Origin: Bacteroidia bacterium
GTDB lineage: Bacteria > Bacteroidota > Bacteroidia > Bacteroidales > VadinHA17
Assembly (NCBI GenBank): GCA_026391475.1
Contig: JAPLED010000129.1
Location: forward strand, 27,301-91,300
DNA length: 64,000 nucleotides
Reading direction: 5' to 3'
Part shown: piece by piece, positions 48,167 to 57,539 of the stretch
Numbering within the stretch: the first letter of the stretch is position 1
How the letters are laid out: each line of letters starts with the position of its first letter
Made by a program: the position numbers and the translations under genes
The notes under the pieces: generated by a model
Databases searched by the model: none
What the model was told of the DNA's origin: nothing
What the model saw: the letters and a program-made list of their open reading frames with translations, nothing else

Positions 48167-48913
48167 TTGGCAGAAACCGGGAAAATATATTTTGCTTCTG
48201 ATTTTCACCTTGGATTACCGGCAGGATCACCTCCTGTCGAAAGGGAGAAAAAGGTAGTCAGTTGGTTAAACACCATTGCTCCTGAAGCAAAAGAGATATA
48301 CCTGATTGGTGATATTTTTGACTTCTGGTGGGAATATAAACTTGTCGTTCCACGCGGATTTACAAGGTTTCTGGGAACAGTTGCTGCTATAACCGATTCG
48401 GGCATACCGGTTCATTTTTTTACAGGGAACCACGACATGTGGGTAGGTGACTATCTTTCCCAGGAATGCGGGGTGACTATTCACACTACCCCGATTACCA
48501 CTTTATTTAACGGGAAAAAATTCCATCTGGCACATGGAGAAGGGCTTGGAACAAGAGACACCGGGTATAAAATCCTTCTTTCTATATTCCGGAACAAACC
48601 ACTAAGGGTAATGTATTCAGCGCTCCATCCTTCAATTGGAGTTGGCATTGGACACAAATGGTCATTAAACTCAAGACTTGGAACGGATATTACGAAAGAA
48701 TTCCTTGGTGAGGAAAAAGAAGAACTGATAAGATATGCAAAGGCTGTTCTTGAAAATGATAATATTGATTACTTCATTTTTGGTCACCGGCATCTGGCAA
48801 TGACCTATAAACTAAAGGAAGGTGCGGTAATAGTATTTCTGGGCGACTGGATTAAAAACGGCAGCTTTGCTGAATGGGATGGTAATGCACTTACTTTCAA
48901 AACATTGATTTAA
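48167..48913 (+). CDS. lpxH: UDP-2,3-diacylglucosamine diphosphatase (calcineurin-like metallophosphoesterase)
   Basis: YFASDFHLG, LIGDIFDFW, GNHD and GHRH metallophosphoesterase motifs. TTG start. Confidence 0.85.
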   Translation: MAETGKIYFASDFHLGLPAGSPPVEREKKVVSWLNTIAPEAKEIYLIGDIFDFWWEYKLVVPRGFTRFLGTVAAITDSGIPVHFFTGNHDMWVGDYLSQECGVTIHTTPITTLFNGKKFHLAHGEGLGTRDTGYKILLSIFRNKPLRVMYSALHPSIGVGIGHKWSLNSRLGTDITKEFLGEEKEELIRYAKAVLENDNIDYFIFGHRHLAMTYKLKEGAVIVFLGDWIKNGSFAEWDGNALTFKTLI

Positions 48914-48943
48914 TCAATCCTGGCTTCAACCTTATTGCTGAAT

Positions 48944-49483
48944 TCAGATTAGTATTGAGTTCATCTCATTCCGGCACTTGATGCAAATGTTTGCACTTTT
49001 TTGATCAATGTCTTCAACATAAGTGCTTGACCTCATTACACAGGTTGGAATATGGCAGTGTATTAATCCAAAAGTATGACCAAGTTCATGGATAACCTCT
49101 TTCTTAAAACGATCCAGAATAAATTTGTCATCTGTATTCATACCATAACGTTCATTACTTAACCGGTAAAGAGAAGCAATTCCTGTGCGACCGTTTAAAA
49201 ATGCCTGTCCGAAAATATATGTCAGGATAGGAATAAAAAGATCCACACTGAATAATCCAAGGCTTTTATCAGAATCGGAAGAGTAAATAGAATCAACTTC
49301 CTTTAAAAGTTTGGTGCCATTATATTGTCTGCGGCCAGGATCGTAAAATTCGCTTAAATCAAGATGACCTTCTTTAGTATTCACTGAAAAGCGGAATTCA
49401 TGTTTTACAGCCTCAGCAATATTCTTAAGAAAATCTTCCTCGAAATACCCGAAAGAGATCAATGTGATATTTTGCAGATCCAT
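48944..49483 (-). CDS. Archaemetzincin-family zinc metallopeptidase (M54-like)
   Basis: HELGHTFGLIHCHIPTCVMRSS-x-CIKC matches the archaemetzincin signature HExxHxxGx3Cx4CxMx(16-17)CxxC. Confidence 0.8.
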   Translation of the reverse strand: MDLQNITLISFGYFEEDFLKNIAEAVKHEFRFSVNTKEGHLDLSEFYDPGRRQYNGTKLLKEVDSIYSSDSDKSLGLFSVDLFIPILTYIFGQAFLNGRTGIASLYRLSNERYGMNTDDKFILDRFKKEVIHELGHTFGLIHCHIPTCVMRSSTYVEDIDQKSANICIKCRNEMNSILI

Positions 49484-49578
49484 TCAAAAAAATAAATGTC
49501 AGATTAATTATTATCCTGCAACTGAACGTAAAAAAATCTTCATTACTGAAAAATTCAGGTTAATCAGAAAGGATAATA

Positions 49579-50919
49579 TCAATCTGCAGGTTTTAAACCG
49601 TACTTTGAAATCTTATTGTAAAGAGTTACCCTATCGACCTTTAAAGCTTTTGCGGCACGCGAAATGTTCCAGTTATATTTATTAAGAATCTGAAGAATGT
49701 GTGTTTTCTCGAGGTCATCGAGGCTCTCAATGGAACTACTTATAATGGTTTTTTCCAGAGGAAGATCCTTAAGTGAGATTTTCTTGCCGTTTCCTACTAC
49801 GATTGCCCGCTCAATCATATTTTCAAGTTCACGGACATTGCCCGGAAAATTAAATTCTTCCAGACGTTTTAAAGCGGCGGAATCTATTGCAACAGGTGGC
49901 CTGTTCATAGATATGCAATACTTTTTTATGAAATAATCTACAAGCAGGGGAATATCCTCAATTCGTTCACGCAACGGTGGAACATAAATATTCACAACGT
50001 TCAGCCGGTAATACAGATCCTCGCGAAAGATTCCCTTTTCGACCATGCTTTTCAAATCCCTGTTTGTGGCACAGATTACCCTGAAGTCTGATGAAATTTC
50101 CTTGTTCCCTCCTACCCGTACAAAACTCTTTGATTCCAGAACACGCAGCAAATCTATCTGCATTTTTGTAGATATTGTGGCAATTTCATCAAGGAAGATA
50201 GTCCCGTTATCAGCCATTTCAAACCGACCCTTACGATTATACATAGCCCCGGTAAATGCTCCCTTTTCATGCCCGAATAATTCACTTTCCAGTAAGCTTT
50301 CTGTCAAAGCACCGCAATGTACGCTGACCAATGGGAAAAATTTACGGGGAGAATTGGAATGAATGGCCCTGGCTACCAGCTCTTTGCCAGTGCCGCTTTC
50401 ACCTGTAATTACAACTGAAGAATTAGACTGGGCAACACTTTCAATATCCTTAAGAATCTTTTTCATTGCTTCACTGTTGCCAATCAGATCTTCAACATTT
50501 TCAAGTGAAACAACCCTTTTTTTCAGGTTTTCATTTTCTTCAGTCAAAGAGATTTGCTTTGAAGCATTCCGGATCAGATGCGAAAGGTCGTCCGGATCAA
50601 AAGGTTTTGTTATATAATCAAATGCGCCGTCTTTCAATGCCTGAACAGCTGTATCAACGGTGGCAAAAGCTGTTATAACAATGACAATTGAATCTGTTTT
50701 CAGGAGTTTAATCCTTCTTAGCATTTCCAACCCGTCCATCCCCGGCATTTTTATATCAGCAAGGATAATGTCAAAGCAGTCAGATTCAAGCATTGACAAC
50801 GCTCTCTTGGCATTTTCGGCACATTCGACGCGATATCCGTCTTCTATGAACCAATTGTACAATGAGTCTCTTACGGATTCTTCATCGTCAACTATTAATA
50901 TTGATATTTTTTTCGCCAT
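49579..50919 (-). CDS. Sigma-54-dependent response regulator (NtrC/ZraR-type enhancer-binding protein)
   Basis: Receiver domain (ILIVDDE...ADIKMPGMDG), AAA+ Walker A GESGTGKE, the GAFTGA sigma-54 contact loop (EKGAFTGA), and a C-terminal Fis-type HTH. Confidence 0.93.
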   Translation of the reverse strand: MAKKISILIVDDEESVRDSLYNWFIEDGYRVECAENAKRALSMLESDCFDIILADIKMPGMDGLEMLRRIKLLKTDSIVIVITAFATVDTAVQALKDGAFDYITKPFDPDDLSHLIRNASKQISLTEENENLKKRVVSLENVEDLIGNSEAMKKILKDIESVAQSNSSVVITGESGTGKELVARAIHSNSPRKFFPLVSVHCGALTESLLESELFGHEKGAFTGAMYNRKGRFEMADNGTIFLDEIATISTKMQIDLLRVLESKSFVRVGGNKEISSDFRVICATNRDLKSMVEKGIFREDLYYRLNVVNIYVPPLRERIEDIPLLVDYFIKKYCISMNRPPVAIDSAALKRLEEFNFPGNVRELENMIERAIVVGNGKKISLKDLPLEKTIISSSIESLDDLEKTHILQILNKYNWNISRAAKALKVDRVTLYNKISKYGLKPAD

Positions 50920-50930
50920 TGTTTATTCTC

Positions 50931-52607
50931 CTAAATCCTGATTAAAGGTAAAGTTATTGATATTGTAGTTCCCTTTCCAAGCTCTGATTTTACTTCGATC
51001 TTCCCGTTATGACTTTTCACAATTCCATGAACAATTGCCAAACCCAAGCCAATACCACTTGTATCATGTTTTGTCGAGAAGAATGGTTCGAAAATATGTG
51101 GAATGTCATCCCCGGGAATACCTATTCCGTTATCTGATATTTCAATTTTTATTGTATCTCCGTCAGGGTTTTTGGTGGAGATTACAATTTCTCCGTTTTC
51201 CAGGACGGCTTCCGAAGCATTTACAAGAATTGCAACACAAGCCTGTTTAATCTGGTTCGGACTACAAGATATAAGATCCGATTTAGCTGTAAAATCTGTC
51301 AGGAAGCTGATATTTGCAATTTTAATAGGATGGGCCATTAAATCATAGGTTTCCTGCAATATCTTATGAAGATGTTTAGATTCAAAATCTTCCTGCTCTT
51401 TTCTTGAAAAATCCAATAAACCTTTAACTATTTCTCCGCAACGTTTTGTTTCATTTTCAATTAGTTTTAAATGCTTAAGAATTGAATCCTTTTTGGACGC
51501 AGATAAGTCAGGATTACTTAACTGTTTATATATCAATTTGGTATAGATTAAAATCCCCGATAGTGGATTATTTATTTCATGTGCAACAGAAGAGGATAAT
51601 TTTCCAAGAGATGCTATCCTCTCAATATGTATCAGCTCGTTTTGAGCTGCCCCTAATTCTTCGGATTTTTTCTGAACCTTATATTCAAGTTGTTGCGACC
51701 AGTTTTGCAATTCTTCTGTAGCAGATTGCAGATTATCAAGCATATCATTAAATGCCTGGGAAACCATCCTCATATCATCAAGTTGATTGGATTTTATTTC
51801 CAGTCTTGTGCTTTTATTACCATTGGCAACAGCCATGCTGGCTTTTATGATATCATTTAATGGATTTTTAATCTGTTTCCTGGTGAACAATATTAAAATT
51901 AAAACAAGGAGCAGAGTTGTAATTGTTGCCAGCAGGTAAAACTTGTTTGAAGACTTTTCTACGGCATTATCCAGGTCATCAAGGGGCATTTTTATTATAA
52001 GAAAACCCAGAACTTCATCACTCTCCTGATGAGCATGACAGGAGCTTGTATAGCAGGATTTTTCATTAAGAATAGGGGATCTGATTAACAGATGTCTGTG
52101 ACTGTTATCGTTTTGATTCATGCTACATTCACTTTTGATATCAAATATCCTGTAAGACTTCTCCTTCCTGGGAAACATCGATTGAATATTCTTATGGCAA
52201 CTCAAACAATTTGGATTGCTATGGCTGGCTGTATCAGAAGTAAAAGATGAATAAACAAGACTATCCCGGACATCATACATGTTAACATCATCAATACCCG
52301 ACATGGTATTAATAATATCAAGAGTACTCTGAAGTGTACTTTTATTGTTTTCGAGCATTGAATGATATAAAGACCCCTCAACGATGGAACCTATATTATT
52401 ACCACTCTGACGAATAACTATATTTAAATTTTGCTCGTATACAGATCTGAAAATGACACCAAATACCACAAACAGAATAACGGACGATAACGTTATGATA
52501 TAGACAACCCGGCTATAGATCGAAGACCGGAATTTAACATACTTTTTAAGGAGCGTTTTTACCTTATTATTTTCAGGAGCTGAATTATCTGATTGACCCA
52601 TTGCCAA
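50931..52607 (-). CDS. Sensor histidine kinase with a periplasmic Cys/His-rich (CXXCH) domain and a HAMP linker
   Basis: Two TM segments (about aa 33-55 and 224-242) bracket a domain containing C134-L-S-C-H138 and C185-x4-C190-H191. H-box [11 protein letters not shown], and G-boxes DNGIGI and GIGLGLAI. Confidence 0.9.
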   Translation of the reverse strand: MAMGQSDNSAPENNKVKTLLKKYVKFRSSIYSRVVYIITLSSVILFVVFGVIFRSVYEQNLNIVIRQSGNNIGSIVEGSLYHSMLENNKSTLQSTLDIINTMSGIDDVNMYDVRDSLVYSSFTSDTASHSNPNCLSCHKNIQSMFPRKEKSYRIFDIKSECSMNQNDNSHRHLLIRSPILNEKSCYTSSCHAHQESDEVLGFLIIKMPLDDLDNAVEKSSNKFYLLATITTLLLVLILILFTRKQIKNPLNDIIKASMAVANGNKSTRLEIKSNQLDDMRMVSQAFNDMLDNLQSATEELQNWSQQLEYKVQKKSEELGAAQNELIHIERIASLGKLSSSVAHEINNPLSGILIYTKLIYKQLSNPDLSASKKDSILKHLKLIENETKRCGEIVKGLLDFSRKEQEDFESKHLHKILQETYDLMAHPIKIANISFLTDFTAKSDLISCSPNQIKQACVAILVNASEAVLENGEIVISTKNPDGDTIKIEISDNGIGIPGDDIPHIFEPFFSTKHDTSGIGLGLAIVHGIVKSHNGKIEVKSELGKGTTISITLPLIRI

Positions 52608-52696
52608 ATTCCTATATGATTTATTTTATCCCTATCAAAATTATCATAAAAAATCAATTTTCAGGCACCGGTTCAGAATTCAATTTTTCAGCAGGT

Positions 52697-53407
52697 CTAA
52701 TTTAAAAAAGATTCCTGGAAATCCTGCCATACTTCGTCAGGTAGTTTTGAAAGAGGCTGGTCGCATAATTCACCACCATCCTGCAATATTACCATTGAAA
52801 CTTCGGGTGAATATTTATTCATCGATATCGCCAGAAAATCCTTAAATCTTTCCAGTTCTTTTTTTGACCAGGCTATTGCTTCATCAGCCAGATAATAAGA
52901 GTCCGTTTCTGCGATCCATTCTGAGGGTTTGATCTTGTAAATCCACCCTTTTCCATAAGGGTCTTCATTTATAACTCCGGGGCTTTCATAAAGCATAGTA
53001 TTTGTATTCATGATCCGCCCTGATAGAGGTGAATATATTTGCAGAAGCTTCCCGTTTTGATCAATATCAGCAAGTAATTCTCCCTTGTTTATAAAATTAC
53101 CCGGATTTTTAAGATTGCTGAATTTCACCTCACCAGTAATATGCAACAGAAAATCATCCAATCCTACTTTGGCTGTCCCGGATTTTTCCAGATGAGTCCA
53201 TGTATGATTTTTGCTGTAAAACAACCCTTGTGGAATTCTTAAAATACTGGCAGAGAGAACCCCAATTGCTCTCTTAATTTGTCTTGTTATTCCTGCTTGT
53301 TTGTTTATTATGATCCAGAATGGAATTATCATTAACAGGAAAGCGATTATTATCAGATATTCAATTCCTTTTGTTTCAAAAATATTATTGTAGCTGAATC
53401 CGTCCAT
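52697..53407 (-). CDS. Single-pass membrane protein with a GcvH-like (lipoyl/hybrid-barrel) domain and a conserved C-terminal extension
   Basis: TM at about aa 17-35 followed by K/R residues. HTWTHLEKSGTAKVGLDDF...IYSPLSGRI...DPYGKGWIYKIKP parallels glycine-cleavage H protein. Confidence 0.75.
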   Translation of the reverse strand: MDGFSYNNIFETKGIEYLIIIAFLLMIIPFWIIINKQAGITRQIKRAIGVLSASILRIPQGLFYSKNHTWTHLEKSGTAKVGLDDFLLHITGEVKFSNLKNPGNFINKGELLADIDQNGKLLQIYSPLSGRIMNTNTMLYESPGVINEDPYGKGWIYKIKPSEWIAETDSYYLADEAIAWSKKELERFKDFLAISMNKYSPEVSMVILQDGGELCDQPLSKLPDEVWQDFQESFLN

Positions 53408-53456
53408 TTTTTTAATTTTTATGCTTACACATCAGAACATGCGAAAGCCGGTTAGT

Positions 53457-54686
53457 TTAATTTTTATCATTTACCCATGAGGGTGATTCGCGTAAAACGG
53501 GCATACGGTTAATTACCCATCTGAAAATCCATATTTCAGTAAATATTACTGCAAGAGTGACGGCTAGTTCCATCCATGTCGGAACATATCGAATTGCAGC
53601 ATCCCATCTGAAACCAATAACTGTGACGTTAAGCCTGTTCATGATGACTCCAAGCATTGTCAGTATGGCTGCAACTTTGATCATAAAAATGTTATTTCTA
53701 CGGTAACTGTAAAAGAATAGCATCATCGGTAAAAAGACAAAACCAAACATCTCAAGGAGATACCAATATCCCATTGGTGTGCTTAACAGGTCCCAGCGCT
53801 TTCCGTGTATGAAGACGAGCACCTGTAAGAAGAAGTATGCAAACATGGCAACGGCACAAATCTTTGATAATCCTGTTAATATCCCGTTATGTGCCTTATG
53901 ATTTCCTTCACTGATTTGTTTGAAAAATACCTTCTGGCTTATGGAACCTTCAAAAATGACCATAGACAGTCCTGCAAAAATACTTGAAACAAAAAACAGG
54001 ACAGGAATAAATTCAGAATACCAAAGCGGATGTATCTTATCTTTTGCCATCAGGTAAAGCGCACCCAATCCGGATTGGTGCAGTGTGGATAATGTGATGC
54101 CGAAAATAACTGCAGCAATAGTCATACCTGACAGGATTTTCCTTGCACGTTTTGCTCCAAGCCATTCTGCAATAGCCGGTGAAAATTCAATCAGCTGCGC
54201 TATCATATAAAGCAGAAAATGCCAGGCAACCAGAAATAAAACAGAACTGGTACCAAAACTGTTCCCGATAATAGGATTGACCACGTTCCACGGGCGTCCC
54301 AGGTCCAAGAGCAAGGCTCCGGCGTAAAACACATAAGCCAGAAACCCGTTTAAAACAGTTATTCGTACAATTGAATGGTACTTCTGCATATTCAGAATAT
54401 AAACCATAAAGGTGAGCACATAAGCACCCCCTGCAAAGGCAACACCTGTAACTACATCAAAACCAATCCATAATCCCCATGGAACCTCCTGCGTAAGATT
54501 TGTTATTGACCCTAATCCCTTCCAGAAACGAATTACAATCAGTACCAGGCCTAAAATCATTACCGGAATGGAAATAATATTAAAAGGTGTAAGGAATTTA
54601 CCCCTGGGTTTTAATTCGCCTGCCAGAAACCGCCAAATGGATTTACCATCATTATCTTTTGCTATAGTATAGTCTGTATTACTCAT
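53457..54686 (-). CDS. NrfD/PsrC/HybB-family integral membrane (quinone-interacting) subunit
   Basis: About 10 TM segments and NrfD-like composition. The ATG at 54686 overlaps the upstream stop by 8 nt (ATGAGTAA); the ORF track extends to 54725. Confidence 0.82.
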   Translation of the reverse strand: MSNTDYTIAKDNDGKSIWRFLAGELKPRGKFLTPFNIISIPVMILGLVLIVIRFWKGLGSITNLTQEVPWGLWIGFDVVTGVAFAGGAYVLTFMVYILNMQKYHSIVRITVLNGFLAYVFYAGALLLDLGRPWNVVNPIIGNSFGTSSVLFLVAWHFLLYMIAQLIEFSPAIAEWLGAKRARKILSGMTIAAVIFGITLSTLHQSGLGALYLMAKDKIHPLWYSEFIPVLFFVSSIFAGLSMVIFEGSISQKVFFKQISEGNHKAHNGILTGLSKICAVAMFAYFFLQVLVFIHGKRWDLLSTPMGYWYLLEMFGFVFLPMMLFFYSYRRNNIFMIKVAAILTMLGVIMNRLNVTVIGFRWDAAIRYVPTWMELAVTLAVIFTEIWIFRWVINRMPVLRESPSWVNDKN

Positions 54687-55542
54687 TTTCATCTGCATTA
54701 GAGTTATTATTTTTAGTTGCTTCACGGATACCTAATAATATTGCGGGCCAGAGAACAAATACAGTAGGAACACTATAAAGAAATCCTTTCGACAATTCCG
54801 GGTATGATTTTGACTGAAGAGATGTATTACAACCGAGCTCATCAAAAGGAACAGCGGATAGATATAAAAACCCGGTTCCCCCGGCTTCATGTTCTCCGTA
54901 TATATGATCTACATATTGTTCGGGATTATCATTAATTCTTTTACGTGCTTCTTTTATCAATTCTCTTCGTGTTCCGAAAACTAATGCTTCTGCAGGGCAG
55001 TTCTCAACACAGGCAGGAATTTTTCCTTCCTTAAGCCTGTTATAGCACATGTTACATTTTTCAATTTTGGGATTTGCACTGTGATATTCAAATTTTGGAA
55101 TATCAAACGGACATGAAACCATGCAATAGCGGCATCCCATACATTTATCTCCTCTCCAGATAACTGCTCCTTCTTTTGTTTTATACATTGCCTGGGTAAG
55201 ACAAGCAGCTGTGCATGCAGGTTCATTACAATGCATACACTGTTTTTTAAGATACGCTTCACCTTTTGAAGTGTTGAATGCATTTACTACAGTCCTGTGC
55301 GATTCGTCTGTTTTTCTTACAACACCTGCCTGAATTGTGCCAACCGGTGCCGGCAACCCGTTTGCCTCAGCACAGGAAGACTCGCAGGTCTGGCAACCCA
55401 CACAACGGGTTGAATCGTACAGAACACCGGAGAATTCAATATTATTTTCTGTTTTGGGGGCAGCTCTTAATTGCTTGCCTATGGCTAATGTAGCTCCTGT
55501 AACACCAATTACCTTAAAAAAGTTTCTTCGATTTAAAGTCAT
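54679..55542 (-). CDS. Tat-exported 4x[4Fe-4S] ferredoxin-type subunit (NrfC/HybA/DmsB family) with a C-terminal TM anchor
   Basis: Twin-arginine signal MTLNRRNFFKVIGVTGATLA. Four Cys clusters: CVGCQTCESSC, CMHCNEPACTAAC, CMGCRYCMVSCP and CNMC...CVENCP. C-terminal hydrophobic helix VPTVFVLWPAILLGI. Start moved from 55719 to 55542 to avoid overlap with the upstream gene. Confidence 0.85.
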   Translation of the reverse strand: MTLNRRNFFKVIGVTGATLAIGKQLRAAPKTENNIEFSGVLYDSTRCVGCQTCESSCAEANGLPAPVGTIQAGVVRKTDESHRTVVNAFNTSKGEAYLKKQCMHCNEPACTAACLTQAMYKTKEGAVIWRGDKCMGCRYCMVSCPFDIPKFEYHSANPKIEKCNMCYNRLKEGKIPACVENCPAEALVFGTRRELIKEARKRINDNPEQYVDHIYGEHEAGGTGFLYLSAVPFDELGCNTSLQSKSYPELSKGFLYSVPTVFVLWPAILLGIREATKNNNSNADENE

Positions 55543-55564
55543 ATTTTTTTGTTTTCTGAAATTT

Positions 55565-57283
55565 TTAAAATAATTCATAAAACCAGAATTGTCTTGAAGG
55601 TTCAATGAAATTTGTCTGAAAATCTTCCCATATTTCAGGCCCAAGATTTGAAAGAGTACCGTCTCTGAGTTCACCTCCATCCTGGAGAATAATCCGGGCA
55701 TATTTTTCTGAATTCGCATTAAGAGATACTGCCAGAAAATCCTTTAACCTTGAAAATTCATTTTTTATATGCTGTTTATGTTTATCGGCCATAAATAATA
55801 ACTGATTTTCTCTGAGCCAGTTTGTCGGCTCTATCTTATAAATCCAACCATCGGTATAGGGTGATGAATTTATTATTGATGAATTTTTGTCCAGTGCTTT
55901 ATTTTGCTCTTTAATAATTCCTGAAATAGGGGCATAAAGATTTAATTGTTTGCCATTTTGAATGATGGATAAAATCTGTTCACCTTTTTTTATTCTTTCC
56001 CCCTCATTTTTCATCTTTATGCGGGTAAGTGTTCCGGTTATATGCTGAAGAAAGTCATCAATCCCTACTTTTACAACTCCATTTTGTTCCATGAAGGCCC
56101 AGGTGTGTGTTTTGTCAAAATAAATACCTGCCGGGACAATTACCGAGTTTTCATCAAGAACAGGTTGAGAAATATAACCGGCAATGTGTACTGCAGAATT
56201 TTTACGTCGCAGGTACCGGACTAAAGCATCCACTGTGAGACCAGTCATAATTAATGCAGCTATAATCAACAGCATTGTTTTTAGATAAGACTTATCATTC
56301 GTAGTTGCACCCGGATAGGTTTTAGCAGTATATAATTTATCAACTGTAGTTTGTCTTTCGCTTATTAAGAGATCAGAATAGCCATTACTATATAAAAATT
56401 GCTGCCCGTCAGTGAGAATCCATTTCAGGAATGCTACTTCAGTTTCATTTTCAGGTTGATTTGAGGAAACAGAATAAATATTACTGATTAAAGTTTTGGG
56501 ATATTTTCCAATCCATACTCCCCTGGAAAAGACATTAAAATCATCATAAATCTTTTCATTATAGTCAATTAAGCCATTACCGTTTCTGTCAATTGGTAAT
56601 AATTTGATATTTTCAACAATGCTTTGATTCTTAAAATCAATGATGTTTACCATTTTACTAAACCCTATTGCGTAAGGGTCTTTTTGAATTGCTGAAATCA
56701 TTTCTTCTCCGTTTTCAACTTGAATTCCAACATTTTTAATCTGATCTGTTTTCAGGAAGTTGGTCAATCCGGTTGTTATTGATTCATCATTTATCCAATA
56801 GTAATGAACTTGTGATCTTTGTTCATTATTCAGGAGAGTTCCCCACTTCCGGGAATCCGGATTATTTAAAAACCGGACAAAAGCTTCGGGGGAAATGCCG
56901 TGCTGATAAATTTCATCGAGAAAAGGATTTTTTGAATTGATAACCGGGACAATAACATCGCGACCCACAACAACTTTCCATAATGATTGGGTTTTAAAGC
57001 CTGAATAATATTCATTTGAAACAAAACCAATATCTCCGTCTGTAATTAATTTATCAGCCATTTGGATATCTGAAACATTTATTACCTTAATCTTCATTTC
57101 AGGATATAATCTGTTATATTCATTTGCCCACTTAATTGAGAGATTATATAAATCCGGAGTACTCAATACTTTTATTGAATCCCCGGGGGAAGGATTGTTT
57201 CCAGTCACTAAATCCTTACAGCTTAAGTAGCTGTAATTCATTAGTAACAAGCTGATTAATAAACAAATTATTTTTTTCATCAT
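55565..57283 (-). CDS. Fusion lipoprotein: periplasmic PstS-like (PBP_like_2) domain, single TM, then a cytoplasmic GcvH-like domain
   Basis: Signal peptide and lipobox (NYSYLSC). PstS-family pattern (DIGFVSNEY..., GRDVIVPVINSKNP, YAIGF, KYPKTL). TM at about aa 334-356 followed by RYLRRK. From about aa 385 it parallels the 236-aa protein (HTWAFMEQNGVVKVGIDDF...LYAPISG...GWIYKIEP...ILQDGGEL). Confidence 0.75.
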   Translation of the reverse strand: MMKKIICLLISLLLMNYSYLSCKDLVTGNNPSPGDSIKVLSTPDLYNLSIKWANEYNRLYPEMKIKVINVSDIQMADKLITDGDIGFVSNEYYSGFKTQSLWKVVVGRDVIVPVINSKNPFLDEIYQHGISPEAFVRFLNNPDSRKWGTLLNNEQRSQVHYYWINDESITTGLTNFLKTDQIKNVGIQVENGEEMISAIQKDPYAIGFSKMVNIIDFKNQSIVENIKLLPIDRNGNGLIDYNEKIYDDFNVFSRGVWIGKYPKTLISNIYSVSSNQPENETEVAFLKWILTDGQQFLYSNGYSDLLISERQTTVDKLYTAKTYPGATTNDKSYLKTMLLIIAALIMTGLTVDALVRYLRRKNSAVHIAGYISQPVLDENSVIVPAGIYFDKTHTWAFMEQNGVVKVGIDDFLQHITGTLTRIKMKNEGERIKKGEQILSIIQNGKQLNLYAPISGIIKEQNKALDKNSSIINSSPYTDGWIYKIEPTNWLRENQLLFMADKHKQHIKNEFSRLKDFLAVSLNANSEKYARIILQDGGELRDGTLSNLGPEIWEDFQTNFIEPSRQFWFYELF

Positions 57284-57368
57284 CTAAATATTTTAATTCG
57301 TCTGCTTTGAATAATACAATAACAACGAATATATTTTTCTCTGTTATTTTATTAACAATATATGTCTT

Positions 57369-57384
57369 TCAACTATAGTGCCAA
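57369..57384 (-). promoter_or_regulatory. Candidate sigma-54 (-24/-12) promoter for the 57283->49579 gene string
   Basis: The minus strand reads T-TGGCAC-TATAG-TTGA-A. The -24 element is perfect and the N5 spacing is correct. The -12 element is TTGA rather than TTGC. It lies about 86 nt upstream of the ATG at 57283. Confidence 0.4.
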
Positions 57385-57539
57385 TAAAAAAACAAGAACC
57401 AATGCCTTGTATATCTGAGCTTTAATATAATTACGGAGTAATAGAATGAAGGTGTGAGGTGTTGAATTTACTTACACTGTATATAAATTAGACCTGTAAA
57501 GTTCTGTTATCGAAATGATTTACTATTGCTGTATATATT

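Noticed and set aside
52608-52696. A second sigma-54 promoter in front of the kinase gene, based on a GGCACC sequence.
   Set aside because: The GGCAC lies on the plus strand, the wrong orientation for the minus-strand genes. The minus-strand reading (CGGTGCC) does not match the -24/-12 consensus.
54679-55719. The ORF track gives a 346-aa version of the FeS protein, starting at 55719.
   Set aside because: The first 59 codons overlap the 3' end of the upstream gene (55565-57283) in another frame and lack protein-like character. The internal Met at 55542 starts a textbook twin-arginine signal (MTLNRRNFFK), so I used the shorter CDS.
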